Shown here in pieces: positions 1-10,280 of a stretch of DNA of 59,725 bases; positions within the stretch are counted from its first letter, which is position 1, and every line of letters begins with the position of its first letter. The stretch lies in contig JBNKUM010000041.1 of NCBI GenBank assembly GCA_050298595.1, positions 1 through 59,725 on the forward strand, given 5' to 3'. The stretch is from Gammaproteobacteria bacterium (GTDB lineage: Bacteria; Pseudomonadota; Gammaproteobacteria; GCA-001735895). The position numbers were made by a program, and so were the translations under genes. The notes beneath the pieces are model-generated. The model made no database searches. It saw nothing but the letters and a program-made list of their open reading frames with translations, and was not told where the DNA came from.

Positions 1-10
1 ATCAAAATAT

Positions 11-61
11 GTACCCGCAGACTCCATAGCTTTGCAGTTTTTCATCAGGAGTATGCGGGTA
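11..61. terminator. Long stem-loop just past the porin stop codon
   Basis: gtacccgcagactcc (11-25) pairs with ggagtatgcgggtac (47-61), one mismatch. Confidence 0.4.
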
Positions 62-69
62 CTTTAGCA

Positions 70-981
70 TCAAAATGCGTAGTTAAAACGTACCTTAACG
101 CCGGAAACATCTTCACCCACAGAAGCCGCGCCCGTTACTGACGCGCCTTTAACACCCAGTAAAGGTAAGGTGTAAGCGATATAACTACTGGTTCCATCTG
201 CGTTTCCTTCTTCTTCATAAAGAAAACCTGCTCCTAGATTACCCGCCGTATAGTTGATATTGACCGAGGAGCGGTTAGGATGATTAGAGACATCAGCGGT
301 CGCATAACTGACATTGAAATTTCCACTGACGGCATTGAAATTGGCGGTAACCGCAACACCTGTAATATCTGTCGTGCCAGCATCAATAGTCTCAACACCT
401 ACGGAAACGCTGTAGCCTTTGATGCTATAGGTCACCGAAGGGCGAAAACCATTGAAGGCTTTCCCTTGATCACCAGCAGTAGGGGGGGTGGTAGTGTTGT
501 CTTCGTTGCCAACATCGTAATCACCCCAGGCACTATCAAGTTCAATAGAAATGCTGTCATTCAACGAAGTTGTAAAAGCGATACCATTGCCGCCCAGACG
601 GCCTCTCAGCATGTTGCCCTGATAGCCTGTCACAGAGGTTGAAGCAATATAGGTGTCTTTACCCAGAGGGAACAGGTCTTTCGCCTCAAAGCGTCCAATC
701 TGTACCGCCCACTGACTGTTGCCCATTTTAATCCAGGCATCATCGACTGTTGGATTGCCGGAGATATTCTGCATGGCAGAGGCCTTGGCTGAAACAAAAT
801 TATCGCCATTTTTGGTTTCACTGCTGACATTGATCTGTACACGACCCTCTGTTGTATAAACGGAGTCCTCTGACAACATATCCAGCTCTAAATCCGCGTC
901 TATTTCAATAGCCAAGGCTGCAGGGGAGATGATTGAGCAGCATAAGAGACCTGCTGAAATGGCATAAAGGTTTTTTTTCAT
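70..981 (-). CDS. Outer-membrane porin, probably carbohydrate porin-like
   Basis: Signal peptide (MKKNLY...AALA), alternating beta-strand pattern, C-terminal VRFNYAF with terminal Phe; lies downstream of a sugar-binding protein gene. Confidence 0.7.
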   Translation of the reverse strand: MKKNLYAISAGLLCCSIISPAALAIEIDADLELDMLSEDSVYTTEGRVQINVSSETKNGDNFVSAKASAMQNISGNPTVDDAWIKMGNSQWAVQIGRFEAKDLFPLGKDTYIASTSVTGYQGNMLRGRLGGNGIAFTTSLNDSISIELDSAWGDYDVGNEDNTTTPPTAGDQGKAFNGFRPSVTYSIKGYSVSVGVETIDAGTTDITGVAVTANFNAVSGNFNVSYATADVSNHPNRSSVNINYTAGNLGAGFLYEEEGNADGTSSYIAYTLPLLGVKGASVTGAASVGEDVSGVKVRFNYAF

Positions 982-1233
982 AGCACTTACCTATATTTAA
1001 TTATGATTAAGTGCGTTCTGTATTGAACGCCCGAAGCGCAGTTTGTCCGAGAATTTTATTGATAGCATTGATGCTGCTTCCTTACTCGGACGAGCTGCAA
1101 TTTTTTAAACAGACTCCATGCCCGCAAAATTCTGAATAATTATGATTCGCTACCTGTCGGATTATTGAGCTGTCTCCACAATTGGTCCGATAAATACCCG
1201 GTAGCCCTCTACTGAGTATTTTTCGGTGTGAAT

Positions 1234-2589
1234 CTATTTAAGAGCGTCCCAGCTTTTTTGTATGGTTTTGGTGACCTCTGCAGCATCCTTTCCTCCGGTA
1301 TAATCTACCATTCCCGTCCAGAATGAACCCGCGCCAACGCCCCCAGGCATCAGGTCAGACCCATCAAAACGAAAGGTGGTCGCACCCAGTAGTATTTTAC
1401 CCATGCCGCGCAATGTATCGTTTGCATACATATCGGTATTTGCGCCCTTAAATGGGGTCAGGAATCCTTTTTGAGCCATCCATACCTCATGCGCAATCGG
1501 AGTTTTCAGAAACTCGATCAAGGCACGCGCCGCCTTGCTGTCTTTGGTGATAGCAAAGACAGTACCGGCACCCAGTACAGGTTTACCTAAATTTTTACTT
1601 GCATAAGCAGGGAAGTAAAAGAAATCTGCATCTTCTCCTACGACTGTTCCTTCAGGGAAAAAAGACGGGATGAAAGATGCCTGGCGATGCATATAGCATT
1701 GAGGAGGTGACGAGAACAAGCCTTTTGGGCTATCACGGAAATCTGTTGATGCTACTGCAGATGCACCACCTGCAACATAATCGTCGTTGCGTGCAAAGTA
1801 ACCAAACTCTTCAATGGCAGCGATCACGCGCTTATCATTAAAAGGGATCTCATTTTTAACCCATTGATCATATACGGATGGTGGCTGAGTGCGTAGCATC
1901 ATGTCTTCAACCCAGTCGGTTGCTGGCCAGCCGGTAGCGCCACCTGAACCCAGGCCGATACACCAGGGTGTGCCACCATCAGCGACGATTTGATTAGTCA
2001 ACGCCTTTAGCTCTTCCATGCTCTGTGGGACTTTATAACCCGCATCTTCAAAATTCTCAGGGCTATACCAGACTAGTGACTTTACATCTACCTTAAAGAA
2101 AAAACCGTACAGCTCCTTTTTTCCTTTTGCATTTGCATAGGTGCCAAGGTCTACCCATGATTGGCCTGCTGCGTAATTTTGTTTGATCCAGTCAGCTGTT
2201 TTGTTCCCTAGAGGAGTAAGGAAGCCCCGTTTAGCCATATCAGCAGCAAGACCGGGTTGAGGGAAGATGGCGATATTAGGTGCTGATCCTGCTTCAGCAT
2301 CAATCATGATTTGCTGTTCGAAACTATCCGAGCCTACGTATTTCACATCGGCGCCAGTCGCTTTGGCAAAGTAAGCCAGCACATTATCGACCAGCACCTG
2401 ATCAGGCCCAAGCCAGGGACCGAAAACAGTCACTTGCTCGCCATTAAGTTGTGTTTTCTTCAAGGACTCGTAACTGGCCCAGTTGAAGTCTCCTTCGCCG
2501 GGTTTGAATATCAGGTCTGCTGCTTGAGCAGAGCCGATGGATATGGCCATTACGGTAGCTGCTAAAAGGTGATTTAGACGTGTTTTCAT
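1234..2589 (-). CDS. aglE: Alpha-glucoside (sucrose/maltose/trehalose) ABC transporter substrate-binding protein, AglE-like
   Basis: Signal peptide; PWCIGLGSGGATGWPATDWVEDMMLR and FRFDGSDLMPGGVGAGSFW motifs typical of the AglE/GgtB family. Confidence 0.85.
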   Translation of the reverse strand: MKTRLNHLLAATVMAISIGSAQAADLIFKPGEGDFNWASYESLKKTQLNGEQVTVFGPWLGPDQVLVDNVLAYFAKATGADVKYVGSDSFEQQIMIDAEAGSAPNIAIFPQPGLAADMAKRGFLTPLGNKTADWIKQNYAAGQSWVDLGTYANAKGKKELYGFFFKVDVKSLVWYSPENFEDAGYKVPQSMEELKALTNQIVADGGTPWCIGLGSGGATGWPATDWVEDMMLRTQPPSVYDQWVKNEIPFNDKRVIAAIEEFGYFARNDDYVAGGASAVASTDFRDSPKGLFSSPPQCYMHRQASFIPSFFPEGTVVGEDADFFYFPAYASKNLGKPVLGAGTVFAITKDSKAARALIEFLKTPIAHEVWMAQKGFLTPFKGANTDMYANDTLRGMGKILLGATTFRFDGSDLMPGGVGAGSFWTGMVDYTGGKDAAEVTKTIQKSWDALK

Positions 2590-2773
2590 GTTCTCTCCTG
2601 TTGATTTTCTACCAGTAAAATATCACGTGATTGATACGAACATTATTATAGACAGTATTGTTTTGTTGCCATACTCTCATTCATTTTAAAATTTATCAAT
2701 GACCAGCCTTGTTCAAGCTATGAAATGAGTCTTAAATAGCAAAATTATTCACAATCATCCAATAAGCGCGATT

Positions 2774-3080
2774 ATGAAAATTGAAAACTTAAAGACTATT
2801 GAATCACTTGAAACCTTTATTCATGATAATCAAAAAGTGCTTTTTCTGTCTTTGCTAATAAGACAGATCGTTATAACTTTGTACGCAAAGCGCTGATAAA
2901 ATCCAGCTCTATGACACTATAAAAAAACAAAGGAATTGTTATTCTTTAGCTGCTAAAAATGACTGAATATTCAGGTCAACAGCTCACTCGACTATTTAGG
3001 AAATATTCCAAAACCGGCAAGATAAGCTGGACACCCTTCCGCTGTAATGGCTTAAAAAAAAATACGCCGATAGTGATTTG
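2774..3080 (+). pseudogene. Decayed N-terminal fragment of an IS transposase/integrase (ISNCY-like)
   Basis: Manual translation across frameshifts and a stop: MKIENLKTIESLETFIHDNQKV / NKTDRYNFVRKALIK / NKGIVIL*LLKMTEYSGQQLTRLFRKYSKTGK...NGLKKKY; matches the GYSRQQLTRLI-type HTH N-terminus I recall for these transposases. Confidence 0.7.
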
Positions 3081-3140
3081 TAATCTTCTCTCTAAGCTAT
3101 TAGCATAGAAAGACAATTCTAAGCATAGACGTAGGAAAAT

Positions 3141-5297
3141 ATGAAAAAAGGCACTTTGGGAAAAAACGGCCGATATATTTTACTTATCAGTATCCATGGA
3201 TTGATTCGCGGACATGACCTTGAGCTAGGTCGCGATGCGGATACGGGTGGGCAGACCAAATACGTGGTTGATCTAGCGCGTAGCCTGGCGGAACAGTCAG
3301 GTGTTGCTCAGGTTGATCTGGTTACGCGACTGGTACGTGACCCTGCCATTAGCAGTGATTACCAGCTTGCACAGGAGCAACTTACAGATAACTCACGAAT
3401 CATCCGTATCGAAGCTGGCCCAGATGGATATATACCCAAGGAACAACTATGGGATCACCTGGAAAGTTTTATGGATAATCTGGTCAACTGGCTTAACGAG
3501 CAACCTCTCATGCCTGATCTGTTGCATAGTCATTACGCTGATGCTGGCTATGTCGGTGTCCGTTTATCCAGTTTGCTTGGAATACCATTAGTCCATACAG
3601 GACATTCCCTGGGGCGAGACAAACGAAAACGCCTGCTTGCTCAGGGGCATACCCGTGACGAAATCGAAAGCACCTATAATATAGCCCGTCGTATCGATGC
3701 TGAGGAAGAAATTCTTGCTAATGCTGATCTGGTCATTACCAGCACGCATAATGAGATTGAAGAACAGTATGCTCTATATAGTTTTTATGATCCTGAGCGT
3801 ATGGCAGTCATCCCTCCTGGTACCGATCTCAAGCAGTTTCATCCAGTCGATGCCAACGAAAAAATTGAATTCGCAGACCAGGTGGCAAGGTTTCTATCTG
3901 ACCCTGGAAAACCCTTGATACTTGCTTTATCTCGTCCCGATGAACGTAAGAATATCCTTACTCTGATAGAAGCTTATGGTGAATCCAGACAGCTTCAACA
4001 AATTGCAAACCTGTTAATCGTCGCCGGTAATCGTGATGATATAAGAGATCTTGAAAAGGGGGCGCAGACGGTGCTCACGAATATACTATTGATAATAGAT
4101 AGTTATGATTTATACGGCTCTGTTGCGGTCCCTAAATTCCATCGTTCTGAAGATGTACCAAAAATTTATCGCATGGTAGCTGCAAGGAGGGGATTGTTTA
4201 TTAATCCTGCATTAACCGAACCGTTCGGTCTGACGCTGTTAGAGGCTGCAGCAAGTGGGTTACCACTGGTGGCAACAGAGAATGGCGGTCCTGTTGATAT
4301 TATAGGCAATTGCCACAACGGAGAACTCATCGATCCCCTGGATAAGGAAGCTATCAATGCGACATGCCTGAAAATTCTGCAGGATCAAAAAGTTTGGCAA
4401 CGCTATTCAGATAATGGCCTGAAGGGAGTCAAAAAACATTATTCATGGAATGCACATGCGAAAAAATATTTGCAGCAGATAAAACTTTTTCAGGGCAAGT
4501 ACAAGCCATTTACCGAAATCGCGCCTACCAAAAAACTGCCACTTTACCGAGACCGAGCTATTTTTTCTGATCTTGATCAGAATTTAATTGGCAATCCCGA
4601 GGCTATGCGAAAATTTGCCGAGGTACTAAAAATGAATCGTAAGTGCGTTACTTTTGGTATAGCTACCGGTCGACGTATTGACTCTGCGCTAGCGTTAATG
4701 ACTCGACATGGAATTTCCAGGCCTGATGTATTGATCAGCAGTCTGGGTACAGATATTCATTATGGAGCACAGTTGACCGAAGACAAATTCTGGCCTGATC
4801 ATATTGATCAGGACTGGAAGCCACAGCGTATTCGTAGATTGATAGATGAATTACCCGGTATACAAAAGCAACCGCAAAAAGAACAGTCAAGATTTAAGGT
4901 GTCCTATTATTATGACCCAGAGCTGGCTCCTTCAGTTGAGGATATCATTACCCTGCTTCGAGAGAAGGAAATCAATGCCAATGTTACGCTCTCATTTGGC
5001 CAGTTTCTTGATGTTGTCCCATCACGTGCTTCCAAGGGGCAGGCGCTACGCTATGTCGCACAGCTGCTGGGTATTCCACTTGAGCACACACTGGTTGCGG
5101 GTGGCTCCGGCACCGATGAGGATATGATGCGCGGTAATATGCTGTCGGTTGTGGTATCTAATCGGCATCATGAAGAACTGTCTCAACTTGAGGAGGCCGA
5201 TAGCATCTATTTCGCTGGACAGTCTCATGCTTATGGAATTCTCGAGGCTATTGATCATTACGATTTCTTTAAAACATGCCAGGTACCCAATGCTTGA
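3141..5297 (+). CDS. sps: Sucrose-phosphate synthase (GT4 plus C-terminal HAD-IIB domain)
   Basis: SIHGLIRG..LELGRDADTGGQTKYVV, HSHYADAG, NPALTEPFGLTLLEAAASGLP; C-terminal SDLDQNL HAD domain. Confidence 0.95.
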   Translation: MKKGTLGKNGRYILLISIHGLIRGHDLELGRDADTGGQTKYVVDLARSLAEQSGVAQVDLVTRLVRDPAISSDYQLAQEQLTDNSRIIRIEAGPDGYIPKEQLWDHLESFMDNLVNWLNEQPLMPDLLHSHYADAGYVGVRLSSLLGIPLVHTGHSLGRDKRKRLLAQGHTRDEIESTYNIARRIDAEEEILANADLVITSTHNEIEEQYALYSFYDPERMAVIPPGTDLKQFHPVDANEKIEFADQVARFLSDPGKPLILALSRPDERKNILTLIEAYGESRQLQQIANLLIVAGNRDDIRDLEKGAQTVLTNILLIIDSYDLYGSVAVPKFHRSEDVPKIYRMVAARRGLFINPALTEPFGLTLLEAAASGLPLVATENGGPVDIIGNCHNGELIDPLDKEAINATCLKILQDQKVWQRYSDNGLKGVKKHYSWNAHAKKYLQQIKLFQGKYKPFTEIAPTKKLPLYRDRAIFSDLDQNLIGNPEAMRKFAEVLKMNRKCVTFGIATGRRIDSALALMTRHGISRPDVLISSLGTDIHYGAQLTEDKFWPDHIDQDWKPQRIRRLIDELPGIQKQPQKEQSRFKVSYYYDPELAPSVEDIITLLREKEINANVTLSFGQFLDVVPSRASKGQALRYVAQLLGIPLEHTLVAGGSGTDEDMMRGNMLSVVVSNRHHEELSQLEEADSIYFAGQSHAYGILEAIDHYDFFKTCQVPNA

Positions 5298-6156
5298 GCG
5301 CCTGCTGATCTGTACCGATCTGGATCGTACTCTGATACCCAATGGCCCACAGCCAGAATCACCTGATGCTCGGGCTATGTTTAAACAGCTGGTGCAACGC
5401 CCTGAGATAACCCTTGCCTATGTGACTGGGCGTGATCGACGTCTGGTTGAAAATGCTATCACTGAATGGGATTTGCCCATGCCTCAGTATATTATAGGTG
5501 ATGTAGGTACAAGTATTTATCAACTGGACAGCCATCAGAAATGGCATCTGTTATCGGAGTGGCATCAGCGCATTTGTGATGATTGGCGCGGACATTCACA
5601 TGACCAGTTAGCTAAATTGTTGGTCGATATTGAAGAGCTGAGTATGCAGGAAGATGAGAAGCAGAATCAGTTTAAGCTCAGTTACTATCTGCCACTGGAA
5701 ACCAATGTAGAAAACCTGATTTCCAGGCTAAGGCAAAGACTCAATGAAACTGGTATTAACGCCAATATCATCCACAGCATTGATGAAATCAATGAAGTCG
5801 GTTTGCTGGATATTTTGCCTTCAGGTGCCAATAAATTGCGCGCCATCGAGACCCTGAGGGATTTTGCAGGCTTTGAATTGACGCAAACTGTTTTTTGCGG
5901 TGACAGCGGCAATGACCTCGAAGTACTGGTGAGTCCAATACCTTCGGTACTGGTTGCTAATTGTATGCGATCGGTTTTGGAGGCCGCGCAGCAAAGCGTT
6001 CAAGTTAATGGAAACGAAGATAGGCTGTATGTTGCACAGGGCGATTTCAGGGGGCTGAATGGTAATTACAGCGCAGGGATGCTTGAAGGTATTGTGCATT
6101 TTTATCCCTATACCCAGCACTGGATAGATGGATTATACTCAAAGGATGAAAGTTAG
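5290..6156 (+). CDS. spp: Sucrose-phosphate phosphatase, HAD-IIB family
   Basis: CTDLDRTL, YVTGR and CGDSGNDL motifs; ATG at 5290 overlaps the sps stop, so the 5149 start is rejected. Confidence 0.85.
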   Translation: MLERLLICTDLDRTLIPNGPQPESPDARAMFKQLVQRPEITLAYVTGRDRRLVENAITEWDLPMPQYIIGDVGTSIYQLDSHQKWHLLSEWHQRICDDWRGHSHDQLAKLLVDIEELSMQEDEKQNQFKLSYYLPLETNVENLISRLRQRLNETGINANIIHSIDEINEVGLLDILPSGANKLRAIETLRDFAGFELTQTVFCGDSGNDLEVLVSPIPSVLVANCMRSVLEAAQQSVQVNGNEDRLYVAQGDFRGLNGNYSAGMLEGIVHFYPYTQHWIDGLYSKDES

Positions 6157-6215
6157 TTGATGTATCCTTACTACCTAAATCTTGAATTGCGTCTGAGGAG
6201 TAATTAATAGTCGCT

Positions 6216-8171
6216 ATGTACGAACAGCAATCTCATTCTCTACTAAATAGTATCCTTGAACGGCTTAAGCCAGAGATTCGTAGACGCGATCTGCGGCATT
6301 TTTATACTCGCCTGGGCGCTAATTTTTATGCCATCTATAGTTTATTTTATCATCTCTACGGTCAGCGAGAAGATTTTGAAGATCAGATGTTAAGTCTGGT
6401 CAATGTGATGGCACGGCAATACATTAAACGCCACTCAACACTCAAGCAACTGGATATTGAGAGAGAACACAACTACAACTGGTTTCTGAGTCAGGAACTG
6501 GTTGGTATGGCGTTGTATACAGATGGCTTCGCAGGCAACCTGCAGGGCTTGAATGAAAAGCTGAGTTATTTTCAGGAGCTGGGTGTCAACATGGTACATG
6601 TGATGCCGATCCTGGAATGTCCGGAAACGCATAATGACGGTGGGTACGCAGTTAATAACTTTCGCAATGTTGACTCTCGTGTAGGTTCTCTGGGGGACCT
6701 TAAAATACTCGCTGAGAATATGCATAAGCGCAACATTTTACTGACTCTGGATGTGGTGGTGAACCATACCTCGGAAGAACATGCATGGGCCCAACAGGCA
6801 CGTGCCGGCGATAAAAAGTACCAGGATTATTATTATATTTTTGATAACCGGGATGTGCCCGACATGTTTGAGGAAACCATGCCCGAAGTGTTCCCCGAAA
6901 ATTCACCGGGTAATTTCACCTATGATGAAGCTATGAACAAATGGGTGATGACGGTGTTCAATCATTACCAGTGGGATCTGAATTACAGTAACCCGGCCGT
7001 ATTTGTTGAAATGGTGGACATCATCCTGTTCTGGGCCAATCAGGGCGCTGATATTGTACGGCTTGATGCGGTGGCATTTTTATGGAAAAAAATTGGGACT
7101 ACCTGCCAGAATGAGCGCGAAGCACATTTGATATTACAGATGATGAAGGACTGTTGTCAGGTCACTGCACCGGGTGTGCTGTTTATTGCAGAAGCTATAG
7201 TGGCACCGGTGGAGATTATCAAATATTTCGGTGAAGATGCTGTCATCGCCAAGGAATGTGAAATTGCCTACAACGCTACTTTTATGGCGCTGTTATGGGA
7301 TGCGGTTGCAACGCACAATACCAGACTATTAAATCGTGGTATTCAGAGTTTGCCAGATAAGCTTGATCGTGCAACCTGGCTTAATTATATACGTTGTCAC
7401 GATGATATCGGTTTGGGTTTTGATGATGCGGATATCGTTAATGCTGGTTACGAACCATTCGCACATCGGCGTTTTCTGATCGATTACTTTACCGGTGAAT
7501 TTGCCGAGTCCTCTGCACGCGGTAAACCTTTTTCTAAAAATGAAAAAAATGGTGATGCCCGTATATCAGGCTCGCTGGCTTCACTGATAGGTCTTGAAGC
7601 GGCGCTGGAGTCAGGGGATGAGACTGCAATACAGGTTGGCGTTGATTTAATTCTGATGTTGCATGGCATGATCATGTCTTTTGGTGGAATTCCGTTAATA
7701 TATTATGGTGACGAAATCGGCACATTAAATGATTACTCATATCTGGAATATGATTCCAGAAAGCATGACAACCGCTGGATGCACCGTCCCCGTATCAACT
7801 GGGATAATGTGGAGCTGCGTAATAAAAGAGGCACAGTGCAGCAACGGATTTTTGATGGATTGAACAATATGATTGCTGTGCGTAAGACTATTTATGCATT
7901 TGCTGATTTTAATAATCGAGAATTGATCGAGGTATCGAATGAGCACCTGTTCGTATTTATCCGAATCAATCGTCGTTTCCAGGAATCAGTACTGGTAGTG
8001 GCTAATTTCGATAGCAAACCCCAGCACCTAAACCTTGCTGACCTGGGTCGACAATGGAAATTCGAAATATCTGATTTACGGGATTTGGTGACTGGTGAAA
8101 CTCCAGCGAAGTTCAACGACCAACTGGTTATTCCTCCATTACATTTCTACTGGTTGTCTGACAGGCAGTAA
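6216..8171 (+). CDS. ams: Amylosucrase (GH13 subfamily 4)
   Basis: DGGYAV, VVNHTSEEH, FNHYQWDLNY, RLDAVAFLWK, AEAIV and RCHDDIG motifs; RBS gaggag. Confidence 0.9.
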   Translation: MYEQQSHSLLNSILERLKPEIRRRDLRHFYTRLGANFYAIYSLFYHLYGQREDFEDQMLSLVNVMARQYIKRHSTLKQLDIEREHNYNWFLSQELVGMALYTDGFAGNLQGLNEKLSYFQELGVNMVHVMPILECPETHNDGGYAVNNFRNVDSRVGSLGDLKILAENMHKRNILLTLDVVVNHTSEEHAWAQQARAGDKKYQDYYYIFDNRDVPDMFEETMPEVFPENSPGNFTYDEAMNKWVMTVFNHYQWDLNYSNPAVFVEMVDIILFWANQGADIVRLDAVAFLWKKIGTTCQNEREAHLILQMMKDCCQVTAPGVLFIAEAIVAPVEIIKYFGEDAVIAKECEIAYNATFMALLWDAVATHNTRLLNRGIQSLPDKLDRATWLNYIRCHDDIGLGFDDADIVNAGYEPFAHRRFLIDYFTGEFAESSARGKPFSKNEKNGDARISGSLASLIGLEAALESGDETAIQVGVDLILMLHGMIMSFGGIPLIYYGDEIGTLNDYSYLEYDSRKHDNRWMHRPRINWDNVELRNKRGTVQQRIFDGLNNMIAVRKTIYAFADFNNRELIEVSNEHLFVFIRINRRFQESVLVVANFDSKPQHLNLADLGRQWKFEISDLRDLVTGETPAKFNDQLVIPPLHFYWLSDRQ

Positions 8172-8195
8172 TGTTATCGTAAGTTGAAATTTCAG

Positions 8196-10208
8196 TTAGC
8201 TCGATAGAAGTGACTGCAGGCTCGCAAGATGATCCATGCCTCTTGATTTTTTCTGCTCAGGAGTCAGCTTTTCACTGCAGTGCTCTGCACCTTCCAGTTC
8301 ATCGGCAGGCATTTCACTGATGAATCTGCTGGGTTCACAGGTAATGACTTCTCCATATTTCTGCCGCGTTTGCGCATAGCTGATAGTGAGTACTTTTTCA
8401 GCGCGAGTAATTCCAACATAGGCCAGTCGTCTTTCTTCTTCGACGCCAGCTTCATCCTGGCATTGAAAGTGCGGGATGCTGTCTTCTTCGAATCCCACCA
8501 GATACACGTAGGGGAATTCCAGACCTTTAGCAGCGTGGAAGGTCATTAGCTGCACACTCGGTGCCTTGTCTTTTTCTTCACTGTTTTCAAGAATCGACAT
8601 CAGGGTCAATTGTGTCACTATCGACTGTAATGAAGGGTCTTCCTGATTCTTTTGCATGTTGCCGATCCAGCTAATGAGTTCTTCTACATTTTCCATACGT
8701 GCATCTGCCTGTTTCTGTGAGCTGCTAGTATTCCTTAGCCAATCGGCATAATCCAGATCGCTGACCAAAATACGGGTCATAGCCATGGCGTCAGTATTCT
8801 CAGCCTGGATTCTTTTTTCCTGCAGCCAGTCGCTGAAGCGTTGTATGCTAACCCAGCCCTTGCGCGAGAGTTTGTCCTGTAGCCCCGCTTCGTGCATGAC
8901 TGAGCTTAAGCTGCTATGCCGCCAGGCTGCGTATTCCCCCAGTGCTTTTATAGTGCTGGAACCTATCTCTCTTCTTGGGGTGTTGATGATGCGTAGTAAA
9001 GCCCGGTCATCTTCCGGGTTTGCGATAATACGTAGATAGGCAGTCAGGTCTTTAATTTCGCTACGCTCGAAGAAAGCAGTTCCACCAGTGATTTGATAGG
9101 GGACAGAGTTCTCGCGTAAGACTTTTTCGTATAGCCGCGATTGATGATTGCCGCGGTAGAGTATGGCGAAGTTATCGTAGGTATCGCGGCTCTGGTAATG
9201 TTTACCGACGATGTCGATGACGACCTGACGTGCTTCATCCTGATCGTTCTTGCAGGGCATTACTCGGATAAATTCACCCGGGCCAGATGCTGACCACAGC
9301 TTTTTCTCTAACAAATGCGGGTTATTTGAAATAACCTGATTGGCGACTTTCAGGATGCGTCCGCTGGAACGGTAGTTCTGTTCCAGTTTAACGATACTAA
9401 GGGTAGGGAAGTCTGCATGCAGACGCTGGATGTTTTCAGGGCGTGCGCCACGCCAGGCATAGATCGACTGGTCATCGTCGCCCACTACAGTCATTTTCTG
9501 GCGAATATCGCACAGGAGCTTGATCAGTTCATACTGGCTGGTGTTGGTATCCTGATATTCATCGATCAGCAGGTAGTGGATGCGGTCACGCCATTTATCC
9601 AGAATTTCCTGCTGCTGGCGGAATAGTAAAACCGGCAGCATGATCAGATCATCAAAATCCACGGCATTACAGGCTTGAATATGTTCCTGATATGCCAGGT
9701 AGATACGCGCATGATGATTGCTTAAGGCGTCGTCGGAGATTTGTAGCGCCTGCTCTGGCGTGATGAAGTCATTCTTCCAGTTGCTGATCTGATACTGGGT
9801 TTGTTTGATCAGGTCACTTTCGGGGCTGTCTTTGTGTTGCAGCTCTGCGATGCAGTCTTCTACATCCTTGCCATCCAGTATGGTGAAGCCTTTACGGTAA
9901 CCCAGAGCAGAATATTCCTGTTGCAGGATATTTAGGCCCAGTGTGTGGAAGGTGGATATATGCAACCCTTTTGCCTCGGCCTTGGAGAGTAGCTCGGTAG
10001 CGCGTTGCTTCATTTCACGGGCGGCTTTATTGGTGAAGGTGACCGCACGTATATGACTGGCCTTATAGCCATGCTGACGAATCAGCCAGGCGATTTTCTG
10101 GGTAATCACGCGCGTCTTGCCACTTCCGGCTCCAGCAAGGACCAGACAGGGCTGTTCGACGGTCTTGACCGCGAGTTGTTGGGGTTCATTCAAGTGTTGC
10201 AGATTCAT
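8196..10208 (-). CDS. rep: ATP-dependent DNA helicase Rep (UvrD/Rep family)
   Basis: LAGAGSGKTRVIT, DEYQDTN, VGDDDQSIY, KLEQNYRS, EEERRLAYVGITRA; start set at MNLQHLN. Confidence 0.92.
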   Translation of the reverse strand: MNLQHLNEPQQLAVKTVEQPCLVLAGAGSGKTRVITQKIAWLIRQHGYKASHIRAVTFTNKAAREMKQRATELLSKAEAKGLHISTFHTLGLNILQQEYSALGYRKGFTILDGKDVEDCIAELQHKDSPESDLIKQTQYQISNWKNDFITPEQALQISDDALSNHHARIYLAYQEHIQACNAVDFDDLIMLPVLLFRQQQEILDKWRDRIHYLLIDEYQDTNTSQYELIKLLCDIRQKMTVVGDDDQSIYAWRGARPENIQRLHADFPTLSIVKLEQNYRSSGRILKVANQVISNNPHLLEKKLWSASGPGEFIRVMPCKNDQDEARQVVIDIVGKHYQSRDTYDNFAILYRGNHQSRLYEKVLRENSVPYQITGGTAFFERSEIKDLTAYLRIIANPEDDRALLRIINTPRREIGSSTIKALGEYAAWRHSSLSSVMHEAGLQDKLSRKGWVSIQRFSDWLQEKRIQAENTDAMAMTRILVSDLDYADWLRNTSSSQKQADARMENVEELISWIGNMQKNQEDPSLQSIVTQLTLMSILENSEEKDKAPSVQLMTFHAAKGLEFPYVYLVGFEEDSIPHFQCQDEAGVEEERRLAYVGITRAEKVLTISYAQTRQKYGEVITCEPSRFISEMPADELEGAEHCSEKLTPEQKKSRGMDHLASLQSLLSS

Positions 10209-10280
10209 GCGCGGTATTCTATCTTGCCTGCGATTAAGATAAACCCCGCTCAGGAGATATTTTTGAAACTTTTTGCACCT

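Noticed and set aside
1030-1046. Possible LacI/AglR operator (ccgaagcgcagtttg) before the porin
   Set aside because: Only a half-site; poor symmetry
1045-1095. Minus-strand GTCCGAGTAAGGAAGCAGC resembling the SRP RNA motif, inside a gtccgag/ctcggac stem
   Set aside because: Lacks the CAGG partner strand and GNRA tetraloop; no long SRP stem
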